Source of the DNA: Monocercomonoides exilis PA203 | Taxonomy: Eukaryota; Protista; Preaxostyla | Length of the DNA: 64,000 nucleotides | Assembly: GCA_001643675.2 (NCBI GenBank) | Contig: LSRY02000057.1 | Location: 460,288 to 524,287, forward strand | Direction: 5' to 3' | Notes under the pieces: generated by a model | Databases searched by the model: none | What the model was told of the DNA's origin: nothing | Seen by the model: only the letters and a program-made list of their open reading frames with translations | Program-made: the position numbers and the translations under genes | Part shown: positions 24,665 to 33,600 of the stretch, piece by piece | Position numbering within the stretch: the stretch's first letter is position 1 | Layout: each line of letters opens with the position of its first letter

Positions 24665-27600
24665 ATGGACGAGAAGTTGATTGATTCAGTGCAAACAACT
24701 TGTTGCAAAAACAGAACTTATCTTCATAGTTATTTAAGACCAACTTCAATTTCAAGAACCATTTATCTTTGCCCTAATCCTTCACTTATATTTACAGAAT
24801 TTGATCTACAGAAGGCTTACACTCTTTCTTTCCCTGCAATGGAAGAAAATTCAAATGATATAATTTCTTCATATTTATCATCAATAAAAAAAGAAATTTA
24901 CGAAAACTATCCATGGGCAATTAGTAGTTTTTTTTCATATATAGATGCTAAAGATCCCATGGATGCGCTAACTTTTGAGCTTCAAGACTTTACAAAATTT
25001 ATGTCTCCGACTTTAACAGAATATTTATTTCGTCGCCATGTTGTTGATCGAGTTTCAAGGGTAGTAAATGACTGTTGGCCAAAAGCGCAACTTCATGTTT
25101 ATGGAAGCATGACGACTGGGCTTTACCTTCCACAAGGTGATGCAGATTTATCAATTCTTGGCCTACCAAATGGTTTACCACAATTCAGAATCCAAAATAG
25201 GAACAAAATCTTGCCACTTACTCCTCATTTATATTTTCAAGATTTGATGGGATTTGATAGAAAGAAAGAGTGTCTTTCTTCTCCTCGTCAAGTATCATTC
25301 ACACAAACAATATCATCTCTTCTTGCAACAGCTTCTTCAATCAGCAAAAATTCAAACTTTCAACCTTCATCATTGCGCAACACTTCCGCACCATTCTCAC
25401 CTCCATCTTCTGCAATTTCTCCAAATCTTTCATCTTCTTCCATGGCACATTCAATATTTTCACCGATGACGAACCAACAAATGGTTGTTGCTTCACTTCT
25501 ACACCTTTCACATAATCTTTCATCGCACCCTGAAGCTAAAGACGTTGTTTGCCTGTCAAATGCGCGAGTGCCTGTTGTGAAGCACATAGACGTCACGGGA
25601 GACATTTCTGTGGATGTGTCTGCCGGAGCGGCTGACGGCATAATCAATTCCTGGCTTGTCCGGCTGTGGGTTGTGGGGACAGAAGAAGCAGCAGAAAGTG
25701 GAAGCGAAGAAACAGCCCCAGAGGATCAAGCACCACACGCGCCCAACGACGCTATGGAAACCAGAAACAGCCAGTTGAGCAATGAGAATGGCAATTGTCC
25801 TCTGACAGTTGCAAATCCAAAGCCAACAAGAACATTGTCGCCAATTGTGTTTGACGCAGCGCCGGTGCCGTTGGAAGGGATGGAACAGACAAACAACAAA
25901 AAAAAGGAACGCGAAAACACAGCTTCAGATGAATTGTCATTGACAACCGACACTCTGATGCCTTCCTTTGTAAATGCGGGAAATGCACAAACATTGGAGC
26001 ACGAAAACACAAACCAGAACGAGAAACAGCAGCAGAACCAGCAACAACCTCAGCCTCAGCCTCAGCCTCAGCCTCAGCCTCAGCCTCAGCTTCAGCCTCA
26101 GAAAACAACTCAATCTTTTCAAGCAGCACAACCAGCTCTCACAGCAAATCCAACTGGCAGCAAACAAACAGCACCCGACACGAAATCCGACAGCAGCTGC
26201 GCTTCTGCCAACAACATTCCCTTTTCCTCTGCTCTTCGGCCTCTCCTCCTCTTTCTGAAGGTCTTTCTGATATCGCAGCGCGTGTCTGAGCCGTACACAG
26301 GCGGAATGGGCAGCTATCTGCTCACTCTGCTTGTCGTCAGCCACTTTCAGATGTGGAGCAGAAACTACGGACAGGAGAGGAAGAACAGACAGGCAAAGAG
26401 ACAAAGCCAGAATCAGAGCCAGAATCAGGCTCCTTTTCAAACACAGAATACAACAAAGACCACAGAACAAGCATCGATTGATCAGCAGCCGCCATCACTT
26501 GGTGTTCTTCTCTTCACTTTCTTCCATCTGTATGCGCTGCGGTTTCCGTATCGGACACACGGAATAAGTGTGCGAGGACGAGGGTTCTACTTCACCAGAG
26601 ACACGTGGCAGAGAGAGAAGGAGAAGTCGAGAGAGAAAGAGAGAGAGTGGGAGCAGTCGGTGAGGGAGATAGCAGAGATTGTGGAGTACAAAGACTCCGC
26701 TTTGCCGTTCAGGGCAGACTCGCCGTGGAGAGATGCCACAGAGCACAAGGATCTGCAGACAGAAAGAGGAAATATCTTTTCCGATGTGGCTGTTGAGCGA
26801 GAAAGAGACGGCGATCGCGAGCGAATTGTCGAGTGGAGAGACAGAATGCAGTGCGATGGAATAAAACCACCTCCGCTGTCTGTTTTCAACAACAGGAGCG
26901 TCTTGGAGGAGATGGCTGTTCCCTCACTTTCTCGTTCTTCTTCTTCTTCTTCCTCTTCTTCTTCGAATGATGATGAGCTTCTGTCTGAAGCTGCTCTTCC
27001 AGATAAGTCTTTTGATCCACACAGCACTTCTGAGCCTTCTGCATTTAGTCAGAAAGACCAAATGCATTCTTTTCAGTCATCAGCTTGTGATACAACAACA
27101 AATGCAGCTGTTAATATAAATACAACACCAACAAAACAGCATAACCTAATATACCAGCAAAGCTTCACTCCAACCTCAAATCGCAGTCTATCTTCATCCC
27201 CTTCTTCATCTCCCACTCGTTCTCATCATCATTCTCGTGCTCGTTCTCCCTTCCTCTGCGTGCCATACTCCACTCTCCCTGTCTCTACGAGTGTTCTCTC
27301 AGCCGCCATCCCCCTCACCTTGTGCGTAGAAGACCCGCAACACCCTTCTGTCAACATCGGCGCCACATGCTGGAACTTCAGCGCTGTCCACAGCGCATTT
27401 GTGGCTGGCCTGTGGGCGCTGATGGCGCCGTGGGAGTTGTGGAAGAGGAAGAAAGAGTGCGAGCTACAAGATGAGTTGATAGCATCTTTACCAATTAAGG
27501 ACACAAATACAGATGTAAATACAAATAGTGTGTGTGAAGAGGTTATGATTCAAAATAGGAGAAATGCACAAAATGAGAATCAAAACAATGGAATTGATTC

Positions 27601-30600
27601 AGTTGTTCTTTCTTCATCAAAAGAAGATGATGTACCTCAACAACTCAACAATGATAATAACACTCATAACAATTCCATTTCTTCTCCTGCCAATCAAACG
27701 TCAGACAATACACCTAAACACAATCACAGTTCAACACATTCTCAGCAACAAGTAGAATGCTGTTGCAGATTCCCTTCCTCTTCACTCGCTGGCTCATCTC
27801 AACTTCCTCCTCTTTCTCCCCCTCTTCCTTCACTCACATCGCCTCCACCTGAATTCACTGCGCTCTTGCCTCTTCCGTTGGCTTCTTCTGCTCATCCATC
27901 CACAAACACTTCATTGCCCTTCACATCATCCCGCTCGCCTGCTGCATTCACTGCGCCCCCTGTGCCTCTTGATTCACCATTCACACGCTCCACATCATCA
28001 TCCACAACACATGCCACTTCAACAACAACAACAACATCATCATCATCATTAGCATCATCTTTATCTTCTTCTTCTTCTTCTTCATTAACTTCATCACCCA
28101 ACCATCATCCACCAGTCATTTCATCAAAACACCCCACCATTCTCTCTCGTCTGGCCTCTCTGACACCTGCCTTCACCCAATGGCGTTCAGAGCTGAATGG
28201 GCGAGTGTGGAAGGACATGGAGGCAGAGTGGGATGAGCTGTGCGAGACACACAGGGAGGCGCTGAGGAAAGAGATGATGGAGATGGAGAAGAAGAAGAAT
28301 GCGAAGAGAGAGAAGACGAGGAGGAAGCGGATGGAGAGGAAGATGAAGCTGAGGCAGAAGGAGCTGCTGAGCTTGATAGACACACAGCAGAAGACAGCAG
28401 AAGGAGCTGTGGCATCTTCAGACAGAGAAAACGGAGCAGCAATTAAAACAGACAAAGGGAATGACACAACAATTGAATCAAGTGCCTCTAAAGATAAATC
28501 GAGTGAACATTCACTTGTTGTGCTGGTTGACAGAAACACACAGGAAAAGATGGCAGACGAAGAGAGCAACAACCAACAGAACTCGCGAAATAGCACACCT
28601 CTTCTGACAAAGACAAGCCAAGTGAATGGAAATGAAGAAGAAGGAGATGACAGCGACAAAAGTGACATGTGTGATGGAGACGATGCTTCCTCGTTTTCTT
28701 CTGCTGTTTCGGGTGCGTTTTCTGTTGTCTCTTCTCGTTCTGTCACGCCCTCAGGCACACCCCGCAAAAAGAGGAGGAGAAGGAGAAGAAGCAAGAAAAG
28801 GTTGGAGCAGCTGGAAACAAACAATAAAGAGATTGTTGGAAACTTGAATTATTCTGTTGATGCAAATGAGTCAGCAAGTGTTGGAGAAGCAGGAAATGTG
28901 AGTGAATCATCCAATTCCGTTTTCATTCAGCCACAAACACACAGCTCCAATCACACAGACATCCATTCCGAACACTCAAATGCCTCTCAAATGGAATTCT
29001 TGAGACAAAAACTGGAGCTCCTTCAAAATGCCGGCAGCGATCAAGAAAGCGTCTCTTCTTGTTCCTCCGAACATTCATCAGCTGCTCCTTCTTCATTTGC
29101 ATTCACAAACAGCAAAGCAGACATTCAAACTCCGCCAAATTCGATTGTCTCTTCTGCAGAGTCATTTGAGGGCACTTCATCTGACGCTGCAGACGAAGCA
29201 AAGGATCTGAACACAATTTCCATCCATTGCGAATCATTAACAATAACTCAGCCTTCAAAACAAACAACTTCGACAAATTCATCTTCTTCTTCACACAACA
29301 TTTCATCTTCTACACAAGCTTTGCCTCCAGCACCTTTGTCATCATCATCATCATCATCTTCTTCTTCTTCTTCAAATTCATCTTCTTCTCTTTCCCATTC
29401 CGTTCAAAAATCATCTTCCTCTTCATCTCGCTCGTCTTCCTCACCAAATTCTGTTCCATTTGCGCCCATTCCACGTCGTGTGCCTCCTCTCCTTCCTCCA
29501 ACTGCCAATCATTCCACCTCCTTTTCCATCTCCCGCCTCGCCTCTTCTTCTCCCACACTCTCTTTCCCCTCTCAAAATGGCTCTCCTCTGATCACTCAAT
29601 CACAACAGCTGTCTCCTCAGCTGCCTCCCACTTCATCCACACAGCCTCCTTCTCTCCAATCTCTCCAATCTCTTCCGTCTCTCTCTTCCTCTCCCTCTGC
29701 TGCTTCCTTTGCCCTTCCGCCTCTTCCTTCCTCTCCTTCCATCAAGCGCAGAGCAGCCTCTCCTCTCTCATCTTCCTTGCCACTTACACACAGATCGGTC
29801 TCCCCTCTACCATCCACCTCACAACAGGCATTCCATTTGTACTCATCTCATTCATCAGCCACTGCTCCTTCTACTTCTGCCACATCGCCTTCTTCCTCTC
29901 TGCCAAACAATGCAAACAATTCTGTCTCATTTCACCAGGTTTCTGTACCTTCTCTTTCCATTTCATCGTCATCTACATCCCCTTCATCTTCATCGTCCTT
30001 CTCTTCCTCTTTCTTCCCTTCTTCTTCCTCTTCTTCTTCTTCTAACTCTCGTTCTTCATCTCCTTCTCTGCTGAGTTGCATGAGCAATGGAAGATACTCC
30101 TCCTCCCCTACTCCATCCACTGCCTCATCTTCTGGTGCTTCAATGTCCCCTCCACTAACACCCTCTTCACTGAACACGTATCAATCAGGAATGACTTCTC
30201 CTTCTTCTCCTTCGTGTATGACGCCAACTGTCTATTCTCCTTCTTTTCCTCCGCTTTCCTCTTATCTTTCGCAGCTGGCGCAGACAATTGTGGCTGATTC
30301 ACACGCATTCGACGAGGAAAATGCAGACATTTTACTTGCTGACTTCTTCGCATCCACAACACCTTCTGCACATTCGGAAGAGTTTCAACGAAAAGGAACA
30401 AAAGAAAATGGAGAAGCAGGGAAACAGAGTTGTTCACAGAACGAGAATTCTTATTTGGCAAATGACGGAGCAGCAGCAGGCATTGATTTTGGAGTGAGTC
30501 AGGGGATGAATTATTCACAATCACCTTTCCATTTGTTTGAAGAAACGAAAAAGGCATCAAAAGGCGATGGAATGACAAATGAAGACATAATTTCGATGTC

Positions 30601-33600
30601 GCCTCGCTCTGCTTTTGTGTCTTTGCGCGCACAAACCACACAAAATAATGGAATTTCACTCCAATCAACAACAAATAACGCAACAACCAACACGTCCAAG
30701 CAATCTTCAACAGCAACAACAGCTCAAACAGCTTCATCTAATGCTTCAATGCCATCTTCTTCTTCTTCTTCTTCTTCTTCTTCTTCTTCCCAGCTATTCA
30801 CATCTGTTCTCTCTGACTGTTTCCCCTTTGAACCTCTCTTTGCCCCGCGACACCGCCTCCAGTTCGATCCAAATGCTTTGGTGATCGAGTCTGAAACACA
30901 ACTCTATCCCTCTTCATTCACCCCTTACTTGTTCCCCACCTTCGCTCCTATCCCCAAAATCCCCCGCCCTCTGGCCATTGAGCCAGTCACACTCACTCCA
31001 AACTCCCTCGCTCCGATCAACAGACCGCCCATCTCCTCTCCCCCGCCTCTCTTCTCACTCACCCCGAACTCCTTCAGCCCTGCTCCCACTTCCTCTCCTC
31101 CTCCTTCTTTCTCTCCTTTTGCCTTTTCTGTCTCGTCTCAGCTTCAGTCCTCACTCCACCAGTGGCAGCTGGCTCTTCCTCGCCGGCCGTTCTCTTTTGC
31201 TGCACAAAGACTCGTCTCCCACCCGTTTTTTGCACCCGTTTTGGAGTCGCTCATTTCATCGGCTTATTCACGCTCATCAGGTGCCAAAGGGGATGCGATG
31301 AATTCTTCACAGCAGAATATTTCATCATCTCGCAATGCTGATGCACAAACATCAAACCAAATACAAACCCAAACACAAAACATTCCATCATCATCATCAT
31401 CTTCGTCATCATCAATATCTTCTTCATCTCTGCAACAAACTATTCCGAAATCTGAGAAAACAATCGATTCTCCAAATGACTCCACTTCACACCCAGCAAT
31501 CGCCTCTTCCCCTCTTCCCATCTTTTCACCCACAACCATCGTGAAACCGCTTCCCATCACTCTCAATCCAACAACCCCGCCTTTCCAGCCAAGAGGGCGT
31601 CTTCCAGTTGCCAGCACACCTTCCCTTCTCTCCTCTTCCTCTGCCGCTCCTTCATCCAGTTCCCCTCCAGCTGTTGATCCTTCCTTCAGCCCATTCATCT
31701 CTCAGTCATTTCCTGACCCAGTGAAATCACCTCCAACTTCACGCAGCGCTTCCTTAACTTCTCAGACGATCAATCAACCACCAACAAAACAGCCGCCGCT
31801 TCTGCTTACAGTTACTCAGTTCCCATCAGTTTCGCACATCACTGTATCCAATAGACAATCTTCTCCTGCTGCTTCTTCTTCTCCTTCGTTTTCTTCATCA
31901 TCTTCTTCGTCATCTGCTGTTTCCCCTTCTCCCTCTCCAGTTTCTTCTCCTTCCAGAAATTCCTCAAAGAACTTAATAAAAAAACAAGCATCAAACAGCT
32001 CACAATACTCTTCAACATCGCAAGCACTTTCTTTTCAGCTGTTGGATCCGTCTCCTCCACCCTCACCTCTTTCCATGCTGTCATCGCAATCTTCAAATAC
32101 ACCTACAAAAACTGCTGCTTCAGCTGGCCATTCAAAGCTTGCACAACAAACTGAGCAACATTCAAACACGAGTGCCTCTTCTTCTTCCGTGTCTGCTTCT
32201 CAGTCTTCAAATTCTACTTCATATTCTTCAATAGCAGCTTCTTCAACTGTTTCAACAACAAATAAAAAAGCTTCAAACAACCAACCAGAAACTGTTTCTG
32301 TACCAAAAGTTGTGAAGACATTGTCTGCAGAAAGTGTTCCATTTGTGCCTGGAAGCAAAAAATTATCTTCGATTATTGCTTCTTCACAGGCACAAAGCAA
32401 TTCTTCAGAGACATTGCCAGCATCGTCTTCTTCTGCCTCTTCCTCGACTCAGCCAGCAGCATCAGCACAACCCGGCTCAAAGACGGTTTATCAAACAGCT
32501 CGCAAGTTGGATGTGAATGGAGCAGCGCTTGCTCCTCTCCTGCCAACACCGACTCCAAAATTCCAAGTGAAACTTGGTGCCAACAGAACAGCTTCAGTCA
32601 CAACTTCGTTTTCTTCACCAAACAATTCATCATCTTTGCCATCTGCTCAATCAGATGCTGTTGCTTCTTCTGAATCAAATGGTAACTATCCCTCATCTCT
32701 TGCTTCTTCTTCTCCTCCTCCTTCTGAAATTTCTTCTACCAATTCAGCAACTTCTTCTGAAGAAGGAGGAGAAGCAATCAATGTATCTTCGCAAACATAT
32801 ACAACAAATGAAAACGAGAAGGATATAAAAAACACAGAAGAAAAACAGAACATTTTAGATTCAAAAATACAATCTGACAATTCTCAAATCACAGTTCCAG
32901 AAGATTCTTCATCTTCAATGCTCTCAGCTGCTCCGTCTGTTTCAACAGCCATCGCAGGAAAGGTAGCAGGAAATGCACATCTTCCGCTTTCTGAGCACCA
33001 CATCCATCATTCACTCACACCAAATTCGCTTGCACCGATTCCTCCTGATGAATATGAGGACAACGCAGAGGCGGAGAAAGAAGAGAGCGACAAGCAGTCG
33101 TCGAATGAAGCACTTTCTGCAGATTCTCCGCTCGAATACGACATAGAAAGCGACGATTACGACACGGATGACGATGATCTCAGCTTTGTTGTGGAAGAAA
33201 AAGGAGAAATGCTGAAGGAGATGTTTGATGAGCCCGAAAGCGACAACTCGCCTTCGCCAGGCAGTCAGCAGCTGCGACATTTGCAGCGGAAGGATGTGCG
33301 GTCGACTTCACCAACACTTTCACTGACACTTTCTTTGTCTGACTCGTCACCGCCATCTTCGCCGATTCCTGCTGATTTGTCGAATCTTGAGCTTTCTTCA
33401 ACCATCTCTCAATCCCATTCTCGTCACAGGCGCCATCAGCAGTCGCTGACAAACTCGCCAAACACTTCCTCTCCATCCTCTTTCTCTTTCACACCTCCAC
33501 TTTCTTCTCCAAACAAGAAACAGACATCAACTGCATCAGATGTACAGACCACTCTTTTAAGTGATGAAGCTCTTTTGTTTGACCTATTTGACGAAGCCGA

